NCBI GenBank assembly: GCA_963514005.1
Contig: OY740785.1
Location: 10,912,001-10,976,000, forward strand
Reading direction: 5' to 3'
DNA from: Raja brachyura
Lineage: Eukaryota
DNA length: 64,000 nucleotides
The position numbers and the translations under genes were made by a program. Below are positions 26,701 to 39,993 of the stretch, one piece after another. The notes beneath the pieces are model-generated. The model made no database searches, was not told where the DNA came from, and was given only the letters and a program-made list of their open reading frames with translations. Each line of letters starts with the position of its first letter. Positions within the stretch are counted from its first letter, which is position 1.

Positions 26701-26894
26701 CTGCAGACCCATCTGTAATTCATGCAGCTAAGTACATTTTTATGAAAATTCACATATTGTGAATGTCTCTACGTATATGTTTAATCTCAAAATCTGGTTT
26801 TTGGCAGTTCAAGTAAATGAACACTAGTCATGGATTAACCATGATGTTTTACTGTGCACAGCAAAATGTAAGATTGCACAATAATGTTTTTCAG

Positions 26895-27042
26895 ATGCAA
26901 GTTTTCCACAGCCTTTGATCCGTCCCCAGGACCAGATTGTAAATAAGAAGGAAGATGCCATGTTTCATTGTCAATTCACAGCTACACCTCCCCCAGTACA
27001 GGAATGGTTATTTGATGATACGATCATTCAGAACTCAACACG
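26895..27042 (+). CDS. PTK7: PTK7 exon 5 (Ig3 N-half)
   Basis: gtttttcAG / GTACTG; DASFPQPLIRPQDQIVNKKEDAMFHCQFTATPPPVQEWLFDDTIIQNSTR; 148 nt, phase 1 to 2; not in the ORF track. Confidence 0.95.
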
Positions 27043-28229
27043 GTACTGTTGTTTTTAAGTTGTTGATTTTGAATGTTTGACATTGGAAAATAATATAGTT
27101 GAGTAGTAAAATGGAAAGCATGTTGATTCTTAACTGCACTTGGACACCCAAAGGGTGTGCCACCAGGTAACCTGTTTAACACCATGGACCATAATCAATT
27201 CAAAAGGTTTGCAATTCCCTTCCTTATCATTAAATTCTAAAATATATAGCATGGAAACAGGCCATTTGGCCCAAGTAAACACTGACAGCAATTGATTTCG
27301 ATATGAGATCCTGAATCTTTCCTCATCCAATTATCATCTCTCATGTCTAAATTTCCCTTAAATTGATCTCGACTGTTCGCTCCACGCTCTGGTAAAGAAG
27401 TGTCTACGGAATTCATATTGATATCTTGAAGGGGTCTAGTTTTCCCGACGATGTCCGTCTATCATTTTGATATATCTCAATCAGATTATCTTGGTATTTT
27501 GTCATGAACAGAGATTCAGAGCATCCTTTCCTGATTGCTATAGCCTTGCAATTCTAATATGCTTCTTGTAAACAATGCACACACACTTTGCAGCACTTCA
27601 TTTGTAAGAAAGAACTGCAGATGCTGCTTTAAATTGAAGGTGGATTCAAAACGTTGGAGTAACTCAGCGGGTGAGGCAGCATCTCTGGTGAGAAGGAATT
27701 CCTTCTATCCAGAGATGCTGGTACTCCAGCTGTTTGTGTCTACCTTTGCAGCACTTCATTCTCTTCATAATAAAGTGAGAAAAGTGAAATCAAATACTAC
27801 AAATGTAGTTGATCTCCTCCAAAAGCCAACCTCTTCTACTCATAATTTAATGTAATATTCCATGCTTATTCACGTGAAAACATTTGATAAATGTGTGCTT
27901 AATTTGCAAGTTTATAGATGCTATCTTGAATCGTCGTTGTATAACTCCAGGCTTGATGTAATTGGCAATTTTTGAAGTTATGTGGGCTAAATTGTGAAAA
28001 TTAATTGTGAAAGAGTGTGATCTTAATAATAATGCTTGTTTCTCTCCCCCACCCCCCCCCAACACCTTCCCATCCTACAATTCCCCACTCTATGCCACAT
28101 TCGATAGCCACCCCATAATCTTAGTTCTGCATTCTCAGCCAATGAACTGTGCAAGTTGCAGTATGTTCCGTATTGACACCATGATCTGCCCACATTATAA
28201 GGTAGCTGATCCAAAGTCTTTTGAAATTT

Positions 28230-29510
28230 GGACAATAGGTGCAGGAGTAGCCCATTCGGCCCTTCGAGCCAGCACCGCCATTCAACGTGATCATGGCTGA
28301 TCATCCCCATCAGTACCCCATTCTCCCTATATCCCCTGACTCCGCTATCTTTAAGAGCTCTATCTAACTCTCTCTTGAAAGTATCCAAAGAACCGGCCTC
28401 CACTGCCCTCTGAGGCAGAGAATTCCACGGATACACAACTCTCTGTGTGAAAATGTTTTTTCCTCAACTCCGTTCTAAATGGCTTACCCCTTATTCTTAA
28501 ACTGTGGCCCCTGGTTCTGGACTTCTCCAACATCGGGAACACGTTTCCTGCTCTACTGTGTCCAAACCCTTAATAATCTTATATGTTTCAATAAGATACC
28601 CTCTCATCCTTCTAAATTCCAGCGTATACAAGTCCAGCCGCTCCATTCTCTCAGCATATGATAGTCCCACCATCCCGGGAATTAACCTTGTGAACCTACG
28701 CTGCACTCCCTCAATAGCATGAATGTCCTTCCTCAGATTTGGAGACCAAAACTGCACACAATACTCCAGGTGTGGTCTCACTAGGGCCCTGTACAACTGC
28801 AGAAGGACCTCTTTGCTCCTATACTCAACTCCTCTTGTTATGAAGGCCATTCGCTTTCTTCACTGCTTGCTGTACCTGCAGGCTTACTTTCTGTGACTGA
28901 TGAACAAGGACCCCCAGATCCCATTGTACTTCCCCTTTTCCCAATTTTTCCCATTTAGATAATAATCTGCCTTCCTGCTTTTGCTACCTAAATGGATAAT
29001 CTCCCATTTAAGCACATTAAACTGCATCTGCCATGCACCTGCCCACTCACCCAACGTGTCCAAGTCACCCTGCATTCTCATAGCATCCTCCTCACAGTTC
29101 ACACTGCCACCCAGCTTTGTGTCATCTGCAAATTTGCTAATGTTACTTTGAATCCCTTCATCAAAATCATTGATGTATATTGTAAATAGCTGTGGCCCCA
29201 GCACCAACCCTTGCGATACCCCACTAGTCACTGCCTGCTATTCTGAAAGGGACCCGTTAATCCCTACTCTTTGTTTCCCGTCTGCCAACCAATTTTCTAT
29301 CCATGTCAGCACTCTACCCCCAATACCATGTGCCCTAATTTTGCCCACTAATCTCCTATGTGAGACCTTATCAAATGCTTTCTGAAAGTCCAGGTACACT
29401 ACATCCACTGTCTCTCCCTTGTCCATTTTCCTAGTTACATCCTTCCAGAAAAAATTCCAGATTAGTCGAGCATGATTTCCCCTTCGTAAATCCATGCTGA
29501 CTCAGACCGA
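28230..29510 (-). mobile_element. Relatively young CR1 LINE, 5' truncated, frameshifted RT
   Basis: VDVVYLDFQKAFDKVSH, GVSQGLVLGPQLFTIYIND, SKFADDTKLGG, LYRALVRPHLEYCVQFWSP. Confidence 0.95.
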
Positions 29511-31046
29511 TCATGCATGGGCAAGTAACATGCTCTGCATTATCTATGCCTGTTCATGCCTTGGATTCTTCAGACTGATTAAATGTAAATTCACAATTCA
29601 AGTAATAAAGTTCTACAAATACCTGAAAGATTATTTGATAATGGTGCTTGTTTCAAAGGTACTGCCTGTCCTTTTAATACCTGATCTTAATGGCTTTCCC
29701 TGTATAAGCCTGAAAATATACAAAATGTAATTACTGCATAATTTCCCAATTCTTATCAAAGATCTTTGACCTGAAGTATTAACTCTATTTCATGGAAACG
29801 TATTCACGGAACGTATTCACGGAAACAGGCTCTCCAACCCATCTTGTCCACGCTGACCAAAATTCTTACCCAAGCTTGTTCCATTTGTTTGCAATTAGCA
29901 CATTATCCCTCTTTAACCTTTTTTGCCTATGAATAACTTTTGTTTGCAACAAATGCTACCTGACCTGTTGCATGCCTCCAGTACTTTCTATTTTCATTTT
30001 CTATTTCCAGCATTTGCAGTTTATTTAATTTTGGGTAGTGGTGATTTGACAAATTCAGCTCCACTTTGGGCAATACATTTCAGGACTTGCATTCGACTAT
30101 AGTGTGGGGAATTGTGAAGTAATCCATTTTAGTAGTGAAAACAAAAGAGTAGTACATTGTTCAAGTAAATTGCCTTCTGAATGTTGTTGTGAAGTTGGCA
30201 AATAAATGCTGCAATTAGGAAGCTAAATGAAATGTTGGTACTGTTTCCTAATTATCTGCGGCATCTATATTGCAAAAGGAATGGAGCGTAAAGTTAGGGA
30301 AAGTCTTGCTATAATTGTTTTGGGCTTCATTGACAATGCACCTGGAGTAGTGTGTACAGTTTAGGTCAGGGCTGATGTCATCACCCTTTTCCTGCCAATT
30401 GATTTTTCTGTAGATCAAAAATCTGTCTTGATCTGAATATATTCAAAAACCAATCCTTCACAGCACTCTGGGCCGGCGAATTCTAAAGATTCACAATCCT
30501 CGAGAAAGAGAAAATTACTCCATTTCCATTTTATGGGGCCAGTCATGCAGCACGTGAACAAGCCCTTCGGTCCAACTTGTCCATGCTAACCAAGAAGCCC
30601 CATCTAAGCTAGTCCCATTTGCTTGCGTTTGGCCCCTAAGCCTTTCCTTTCCATCAACCCATCCATGTGACGTTTAAATATTGTTAAAGTATCTGCCTCA
30701 ACTATGTCCACTGTATGCTCATTCCATATACCCAGCACCCTCTGAGTGGAAAAGCTGCCCCATGGTCGGCATGGGCAAGTTGGGCCAAAGGCCTATTTCC
30801 TTGCTGCATCACTCAGATTCGTATTAAATCTTGCCCCTATAACCTTAGGCCCATGAGCCCTTGTTTTTGATTACCACGGTAAAAAAACTGTGCATTTGCT
30901 CTATTACCCTCATGATTTTATACACCTCTATAAGATTATCCCTCAACTACCTGGTCTCCATACAATATATATATATATATATAGTAGACACAAAATGCTG
31001 GAGTAACTGAGCTGGTGAGGCAGCATCTCTGGAGGGAAGGAATGTG

Positions 31047-31075
31047 TGACGTTTCGGGTCGAGACCCTTCTTCAG
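31047..31075 (-). ncRNA. Minimal hammerhead ribozyme core in a Penelope-type repeat
   Basis: Minus strand CTGAAGA-a-GGGTC-tc-GACCC-GAAA-cGTC; a second intact core at 34746-34774 (-). Confidence 0.55.
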
Positions 31076-31934
31076 TCATTCCTTCTCTCCAGAGATGCTG
31101 CCTGACGCGCTGAGTTACTCCAGCATTTTGTGTTTACCTTCGATTCAAACCAGCAATTCTTTCTTACGCATGAAGTGCTGCAAATATTTGTGTGTGTGTG
31201 TGTGTATATAAACACACTCTCACTGTACTTTTTTTTCATTATGTTTAAAGTTTGCAAAAGGGCATTCTAAATTTTTGATTTAACTGCAAGCAGAAATATT
31301 TTCCTATTTTTGCTTGAACATGTGTTGGTTGTTGCCTTTTAAAGGATTAGTGGAGTTAAATGGGACAGGAAATAACGTCCATTTGTTGAAATCATGCAAA
31401 TCAATTACTTTTAATCTAGATTAATGTTTAAAAATTTGTATCTGTTTTTGGAACAGAGCAAGATAGCGTTTGGTGGGAGGTGTTGAAACATTGAACGGTT
31501 TAAAAATTCTTTGGTTTATCGCATCCTCGTAAATCCCCATTGCTAGCCTTGTCAACTTCCCCTAGCTATGTGTCCAGTAACATTTCAGTTTAAACATATT
31601 TACCTTCAATGGTAATGTCTTAATCTTACTGTAATCAAACTCTACATGCCAAGTCTGAAGTGGCCTTATTGCCTTTGGGATCCTTGGTTTTGCAGAGCTG
31701 CTTGGCTGGCTATACTGCTTTTAATATGCAACAGCTGGCTAAATCTACACAAGTGACCTCTTCCCGTTACAGTCCTTTAAACCTCAGACAGTTGGCATCA
31801 TCTCAGTTAATCAAGTGGGAAGGTATATTTTGAGATGGGGAAAATATGCTTTGATGAGAAAAGTGAAGATTATTCAGATCTATTGGTGTTGGAGCATTTG
31901 AAACTAATACATGGCATTAAGGTTGTGTGAAGAA

Positions 31935-32480
31935 AGGAAGCCATGCAGTAGCTATACTAAACCTTCGGTAAACCGCAAGAATATTGTGTACACACCAAAG
32001 GAAGGATGTGGTAGCAATAGAAAGAGTGCACAAAAGGTACTCCACAATGTTGCCTAGTATGGAGGACTGTAGTTACGAGGAGAGATTGACGAGCCTGGGG
32101 TTATTCTCACAAGAACGTAGGAGGCTGAGGGGAGACCTGGTGGAGGTTAAAAATATTGAGTATGTAGATAGGATAGCTGGATAGCAGAATCGTTTTCCCC
32201 CAGTGCGGGAGAGCCTAGAACTCGCAAGCATAAATTTAAATTGGGGGAAGGTATTTGAAGGTCTATTTTTCATAGAAGTTATCTGAACAAAGTTCCAGAG
32301 GAGATGTAAGAAGCAGGTACAATTACAATGTTTGAAAGACATTTGAAGCAGTACATGGATAGGAAAAGCATTGATGGATATGGGCCAATACCAATAATAG
32401 GATTAGTGATGGTAGGCATCATGATCTGCACAGTCAAGATGGGCCGAAAGGGCCTTTTGCTATGATGTACAATTCTATGA
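31935..32480 (+). mobile_element. CR1 LINE 3' fragment
   Basis: RKDVVAIERVHKR..YEERLTSLGLFSQERRRLRGDL. Confidence 0.85.
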
Positions 32481-35400
32481 ATGATGGTGGTCTGGATGTG
32501 AAATTTTCAACCTGAAACAGTTGGGCGAGTAGAAAACTAAATTGCTTTGAAAATGAAGTTGAATTAATGTATGAATTTAGGTGGCTTATTAAAAAGGGTG
32601 AAGGAATGCATTAAAATATCCAGTTCTTTAATGGGAAGGAGAAATGCGGACAAATAGCTCCTTTCTGAGGTGTGAAATATTTAGATTAGAAAAACCCTTT
32701 TTTCCCCCCATGCCTCTGTTGCCAAACAGTGTGGTTTCCTTCTGGAGGAAGTGGTTGAAATCAGAGGAGCTTGACATTGGGGCTATGTGCCTTCTGGAAC
32801 TCGAGAACTTCAAAGTCTAGAAACAAAACACTTAGCTGTCCTTGGAGAAAACAAAAATATGCCCCCAAAACAAAAGCAAAATAATTCATGCTTTTTTTGA
32901 GCAGTTTTATTTTTGATTTCCACAAACATAGGGAGTAATACATTGTTCAAGTAACTATCTTTTATTTAAATCTGAGCCTATGTTTAACATTCTACTATAT
33001 TGTACATGGCAATACCTAAACTGCTGGACATTTTATAATTATTGAACATTTAAATTAATGCTGACCAACCTTGCCATCCCTGTCTTTCATCTTTACAGGA
33101 ACATGCTGGTCCTGGATTCTAACCAGCTGGTCTTTAAAATACTCCCACATGTTAGATGTGGATTTTCCCAAGAACAGATGTTCCCCATCTACTCTCCACA
33201 TCTATTAGAATTAGTTCCTGTTTAATGCTAATATATGTAGCCCTCTCCCAATTTAGCAATTTATCACAGAATCCAGTCTTATTGCAACAAGTCTTAAACT
33301 TAAGGAGTTATGATCATTGTCCTCAAAATGCTCTCCCACTGAAACCTCAATCACTTGGCCAGGCTCATTAAACAAGGTTTAGCATGACCCCTTCCTTGTT
33401 TGGACTATCTGCATGCTGTTTCAAGAAACCAAACTGTGTACAGTTTTGATTTCCATATTTAAGGACACATTTGAAGAAGATTTATTGGAATGATCTCTAG
33501 AATCAAGGGGTTGAAAAATGAAGTAAAGATGAAAAATGATAGGTGAATTTACTGAAATGTACATGATTCGGAGGAGAATTTACAAGATAGGATCTGGGAG
33601 AATGTCTCTTCCCCCCCTCCCCTTCCCTGGTTTCAGAACAATGGGTCACCTATTTCAGATGGAGAGGAAGCAATTCCCTTTCTCAGACGTTTGTGATTCT
33701 GAACTTCATAAAGCTGTAGAGGTGCAGTTATTGAGATTGAGAGACATGTAAACTGCAAGGGACTGGGGGGCATGGGAGAAAATAGGGATGTGGTGGTGAG
33801 TCCAGAATTGAATCAGCCATGATCTGTTGCATGATCTGCCTTGAGCAGGCTCAAGGGACAGTTGCTATTAAGCTCTTTCTTATCTTAAATCTCTCCTGAG
33901 GCAAGACCTGTCAAACTGAACGAAGTCTGACATCTAGTGGAAAGTCATCTATGTATGTTTGTGATGGTGGAACCACTGGCATGTGTGCATGTGCCATTAT
34001 GTAACCATCTAAAGCCTGAGGAAATCTATGTATGCTACCAGTCAGCAACTTGATCTTTTTGAGAGAGGTAGTTGACAAGGGAATTATTTGGAAAGGGAGA
34101 AATGATAAGAATTTCAATGGAGGCACATTTTACACTATGGCAGTAAAATCATGAAGTCTAATAAATCTAAAGATTTCCCGCATTTCCAATACCCAAATTA
34201 GCATTGTTTCTTAAAATGAAGATTGGTAATGTGGAAAGGGAGCAACTGCTCCAACCGTTTCCCGGGTTGCTAGCTCTGATGTTTGTCCAGAGATATTGCC
34301 TCTAACATCAACGACACTATCGAGCTCAAGAGCCATTTTCCCCTCTTTGTTTCTCACTCATTGAAAACGTTCTAAAATGTCAACACTCCTTTTTGACCAT
34401 GAATTTACCATCCGCTCAGTGCCAGAAGTCCAGCTGTCAGATAATTTTTACAATTTGTAGAATAGAAAGACTTTGAAGCTTTTTGTGTTCTTCTCGTATG
34501 CTAGCCATCAGATCCCAGAGACAAGCTGCTAAAATGATTTGTACTGGTTCCCTGGTTTGAAATACTTGATGGACAAAAACTGTGTGGTTCATTGTTTTGG
34601 GATTAATGTTTGACTGCTGCTTTAGTGGAGGAGGGCAGAGCTCTTGGAATTTGGAGCAATGTCAACAAAGCATTATCAGAAGATAGACAGAAAAAGCTGG
34701 AGTAACTCAGCGGTACAGGCAGCATCTCTGGAGAGAAGGAATGGGTGACGTTTCGGGTCGAGGCCCTTCTTCAGGCTGGTTAGGGATAAGGGAAACAAGG
34801 ATGTTCATGTTAAAATGTATTTGGGTGTCTCGTTGCTCTTTATTGGTATGACTGTATGGCAAACATTCCTCGTGTGTTGCAAAACATACTTGGCTAATAA
34901 AGTACTATTATGATTATGAAACTTGCAGGATTCTTATTGACCTAAAAAATGTTGTTTGGGAAATGGCTGTACCCAAAACTTGTTCCTACACTACTAAGAT
35001 CTGTTTGTTGCATCTTTTAATGAGGGCACTGAAGATGAAACCTTTTGTCAATTATTCACCCTTCAGTTCCCTTTGATTAGAGACCTTCATACTCGTAAAC
35101 TCAGCTCTGATCCTCAAGACTATGTGATTCAAGAGATGCTGCTGAACATTTCTGCCTTAACATGGCCTTGATAATGGAGATGTGAAAAAACACAGGAACC
35201 CTTGCTGCTTTGATCTTAATGAAAGGAGAGAAACAAAGAAGCAAAAAGCATTGGCCACAAAAGGATAGCTATCACTTTGTCTTTCAACAGGATGTTAAAT
35301 GCATGTGCTAATTTCACAATGTCCACTGGAATTGGGTGATGTCAAAGCCCTAAACTAAGGAATTTCTTCCCTAAATTGGGCTAATTCAAAGAGCAGTACA

Positions 35401-37613
35401 ACACAGGAACAGGAGACACCAGAGACTGCAGAAACTGGAATCTGGAGCAACAAAATCAATCTGTTGGAGGAACTCAGTTGGTCGAGCAGCCTATGCAGGG
35501 GGAAAGGAATTTTTGACTTTTCGGGTCAAAACCCTGAGTCAGGCTTGACCCACTGAGCTTCCAATTTCCAGCTTGTGTTTCCAGCCAAAGAGGATGCTCT
35601 TTTTGAAACATAAGACAAATGCAGTGGATTCATAGTGGAGCCACCACTGCAAATACTCCTCCAGGGTGCACCATTCTAACTCTGGCTGTATTCCATTGTC
35701 AGAATACCTGCCAATTCTTTCATCACAGGCATTACATTCGCTCAGGAAAGTTATCCATAACTTGAGTAAGTAGGAATATGTATTAAATGTTTGCAAAGTC
35801 CAAATTACGTTAATAAATATTAAAAATACGTTAGTTTATTCGGGTCAGGAAAGTTTGTGGGAGCTCCAAAATTCAGAGCAATAAATATAAGGTAGTAATA
35901 AATCCGCTGAGGAATTTGGGAGAAAGTTCTTTATCCAAATGGTTGCAGAATGGACCTTGATAGAATATGTGCCTTTTTACAATACTGCATGTGACAAATA
36001 CTGTATTACCTTTATGTTACTGTATTTTTCCCCTAGTATAGATGAAGATATTTCCCTAGATCATTATCAAAACGTATATGTATGAGGGGCCATATGAAGT
36101 TTATTTATGAATTAAATATTCATGACTAAATGTGGCAGAGTTTTTAAATGTCACACTTTTGGTGTGACTTTTGGTCAAAATGGTGGGAAAATGATGAAAA
36201 TTTGTCTGTTATGACAATGTTTTTGACTTTTGGTCTTGAAGTTACCTAATTTATATCTGCTATTTATAAGGTTTCACATGATGGGTAGAGTTTTGTTAAG
36301 AACAGTGTATTGGTGTAAAAAAGTGAATACTAACCTTGTTCGTCAAAAATTCTCCAGTATTGTAAAAAGACACATATAGACTATTTGAGCTCAAAAGGCT
36401 GTTTCTGTGTTGTAGTTTCTGAATGTTTTTTTGTCAAACTGGTCCCTTGTTTCAAGCACTTTCCAAAATGTCAGATTCTGTCCTCTTGTTCCACTTTGCA
36501 TTGGCACTTGGTTGTGTACAGTGTGGATTTTAAACTTTTCAGTTGTCTCTGCTGCCACTGACTGGGACTCTAACAAACATTGTAAATGTAATTGTCTGCA
36601 CCATGCGTCTAGTCGTTTGGATTTCTGCCCATGATAGCTCACAATGCATTTAAAGCTTGAATTGCCACTTGATCGACTGATATTTTAATTTGTACTGCTG
36701 TTTAAAGAATCAGAGTTTGTACTAACTACTCGTTGATACATTTCAGTCTAAAATATATTCATGAACATTCACGTGATTGGTCTGCCAAGGTCTACTGGAC
36801 TCCGAGTTGCTAAGCATTCCTCTTCCCATATAGTCCTCTGCCCATATAGCTCAAGTGTGCACAATGCAATTATGAATTTATTTCAAATACTTTTATTTGT
36901 TGTTTGCATATGGATTTATTCAGTAAAAGTAGTGCTCATTGTTAATTGAAACCCCTTGAATGCAAGGGTTTGCTCAGCTATTTCAGGCAGCCGTTAAAAG
37001 TCAACTATATTATATTGATAGGGATTCCACAAATGTCAGACTCAGCAAGGATGACAAATTCCTTTCCTCTAAATGTATTTAAAAAACAGTTTTGTTTTAT
37101 TGTTTATTTTCATGTGTATCGAGATACAATGAAAAGCCTTTGTTGTATGCTAACCAGTCAGCGGAAAAGCAATACATGATTACAATCTTTCGTTTTGGTT
37201 CTTCCACATTTGGCAAACTTTGTACTGATGTAGTTGTTTTTTTAAATTATAGAGGCATAAGATTGTGTGAAAAAGACTTGAAAGATTGATTGCAGCTAGA
37301 CCACTTATCAGAGAAGAATCAAGAGGACTGCAAATGCTGGGATGGTGAATCTCAGGGATACTGGAGGATTGGGCAGGCCAGATAATTGGGTATATATAAT
37401 AAAGTAGGCATGTCAAGGAAGTGAGGGCTATGCAGAACTAGTGCAGGAGCCGATTCCTGAGGTGGATCAGTTATGATCATATTAAACAGTGGGGTAACCT
37501 TCAGTCGTTGGCTATTCTTACGTCCTTATGATCTTGCATGAATGGAGAAGACCGTGAAAAGAAATACATTTTAATTGGGTGAATACAGTTATTGGATAAA
37601 GCAAAACAAAAGT

Positions 37614-37950
37614 GGGTGGCACGGTGGCGCAGCGGTAGAGTTGCTGCCTTACAGCGCTTGCAGCGCCGGAGACCCAGGTTTGATTCCGACTATGGGTGCT
37701 GTCTTTACAGAGTTTGTATGTTCTCCCCGTGACCGCATGGGTTTTCTCCGAGATCTTCAGTTTCCTCCCACACTACAAAGATGTACAGGTTTGGAAATTA
37801 ATTGGCTTGGGTTTGTATACTTGGTATAAGTGTGAATTGTCCCTAGTGTGTGTAGGCTTATGTTAATGTGGAGATGTGTTAATATGCGGGGAGCACTGGT
37901 CATTGTGGACTCAGTGGGCCGAAGGGCCTGTTTCCGTGCTGTATCTCTAA
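37614..37950 (+). mobile_element. HE1-like V-SINE
   Basis: Same structure as 17445-17745. Confidence 0.85.
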
Positions 37951-38227
37951 AAATAAGGTCACCAATATAACATAGACATCTAAAAATCAAATTAGCAATT
38001 TGTGAAAATTCTTTACTGTGAATGGTGAAACATACTACAGAATGGTGAATTGATTATAATCACCTGGTAATTGTGTAGGAGGCATCACATTTAGCATGTA
38101 GTTTTGGTGTTATTATGTTCTTTGAGTCATAGTTAAACAAAATGAAAATATGCCCTTTGGCCCAACTTGTACCAAGGTGCCTTCCCGAGCGCACTCATTT
38201 GTCTCCATTTGGTCCCTATCCCTCTAA

Positions 38228-38545
38228 ACATAGAAACATAGAACATAGAAAATAGGTGCAGGAGTAGGCCATTCGGCCCTTCGAGCCTGCACCGCCATTC
38301 AATATGATCATGGCTGATCATCCAACTCAATATCCTGTACCTGCCTTCTCTCTATACCCCCTGATCCCTTTAGCCACAAGGGCCACATCTAACTCCCTCT
38401 TAAATATAGCTAATGAACTGGCCTCAACCACCTTCTGTGGCAGAGAATTCCACAGATTCACCACTCTCTGTGTGAAAAATGATTTTCTCATCTCGGTCCT
38501 AAAAGACTTCCCCCTTATCTTAAACTGCGACCCCTTGTTCTGGAT
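38228..38545 (-). mobile_element. CR1 LINE 3' end with (catagaaa)n tail
   Basis: Matches 28230-28520; inserted into an older CR1 tail. Confidence 0.85.
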
Positions 38546-38689
38546 TTTTCTTATCCATAAAACGATTCAGATGTATTTTAAACATTGTAATTCTACCAGC
38601 TACTGCCACTTCTTCTGGTAGCTAGTTCCACATTTGTACCATCCTCTGTGGAAAATCTTACCAAGCTGATCCCCATTATATCTCTAAGG

Positions 38690-39490
38690 CTACAATAGGT
38701 GATGTAGTAGGCAGTGAAGATGGTTATCAAGAATTACAGCAGGATCATGATCTGCTGGACAAGTGAGCCAAGGATTGGCAAACAAATTTAATTTGGGCAG
38801 TTGTGAACTCTTGCATTTCAGAAGTCAAACCAGGGCAAGACCATCACAGTGAATGGTGGGGCCTTGGGAGAGTGTTGTGGAGTAATCGTGTTGAGGAATA
38901 GTTTCCTGCAAGTAACGTCGCTGGTAGATATTGTGGTGAAGAAGGCTTTTGGCATGGTGGGATGTTATGTTGCAGTTATACAACGCATTGCTGAGGCTGC
39001 AGTTGGAGTATTGGTTGAGTTTTGTTTTCCCACAATAGAAAATATACCAATAAGCTGGAAAGAGCAGAGTTGTGAGGATGTTGCCAGCACTTGAGGGCTT
39101 GAGACAACGGAAGAGTTTGGGAAGGCTAGGACTTTACTCCTTGGAGCACAGGAGGCTGAGGGGTGATCTTATAGAGGTGTATAAAATCATGAGTGCAATG
39201 GATTGGATGTATGCACACAGCCTTTTTTCTAGGTTAGAAGAATCAAGAATTAGAGGGCATACATTAATGGTGAGAGGGGAAAGATTTAGTAGGAACCCAA
39301 AAGGCTTTTTACAGAGTAAGGTTGGAACATGCTGCCAAACGAAATAGCTAAGGCAGGTTTACGAAGAAAAGGCATTTGGACAGGAAATGTTTAGAAGGAT
39401 ATGGGCCAAATGTAGGCAAATTGAACTAGCTGGGATGGGGATCTTGGGCAGCAAGGAAGAGTTGGTGTCATGCTGTGTGACTCTGACTGT
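38690..39490 (+). mobile_element. CR1 LINE 3' fragment
   Basis: LGRLGLYSLEHRRLRGDLIEVYKIM; similar fragments at ~50020-50370, 52680-53170, 59880-60375 (+) and 61545-62260 (-). Confidence 0.85.
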
Positions 39491-39993
39491 AATCCAGGAG
39501 GACACCTAAAAACAGACTCTGAAAAGTTCTCTGGACATATAATGTGGCTTCTTTATACACTCACCAGGGAAATTATTTTGAGGAATAAGGAAACAAAGCG
39601 AGTATTTTGTGTCTGCCTTTACAAAAATCACAGAACACCTCTTAAAAACCATGGGGAACAACCGTGACTGAGGAGTTGAAAGAAATTACCATGAGATTTT
39701 AAAGTATTGCATAAAATTGTGAGACAGAAAGCTAATAAATCCACGGGACCTGATACCCTTAAAAGAGATGAGATGGCTTTCAAGATGATGGATACAACGG
39801 ATGTCGTCTTCACAAATACCTGGAATTCTAAGTTGGAAGAAGATAGTAAATGTAATTCATCAAAGAGAAACGGGAGAACTGTGGATCAGTTAGCCTGTTT
39901 TCGTTGGTATGGAAAGTCTGTTCTTCACAGAGTGGTGACAATGCAGGTACAAAATAATAGAGTTGGTCATAAGCAAGGTTTTATGAGAATATA

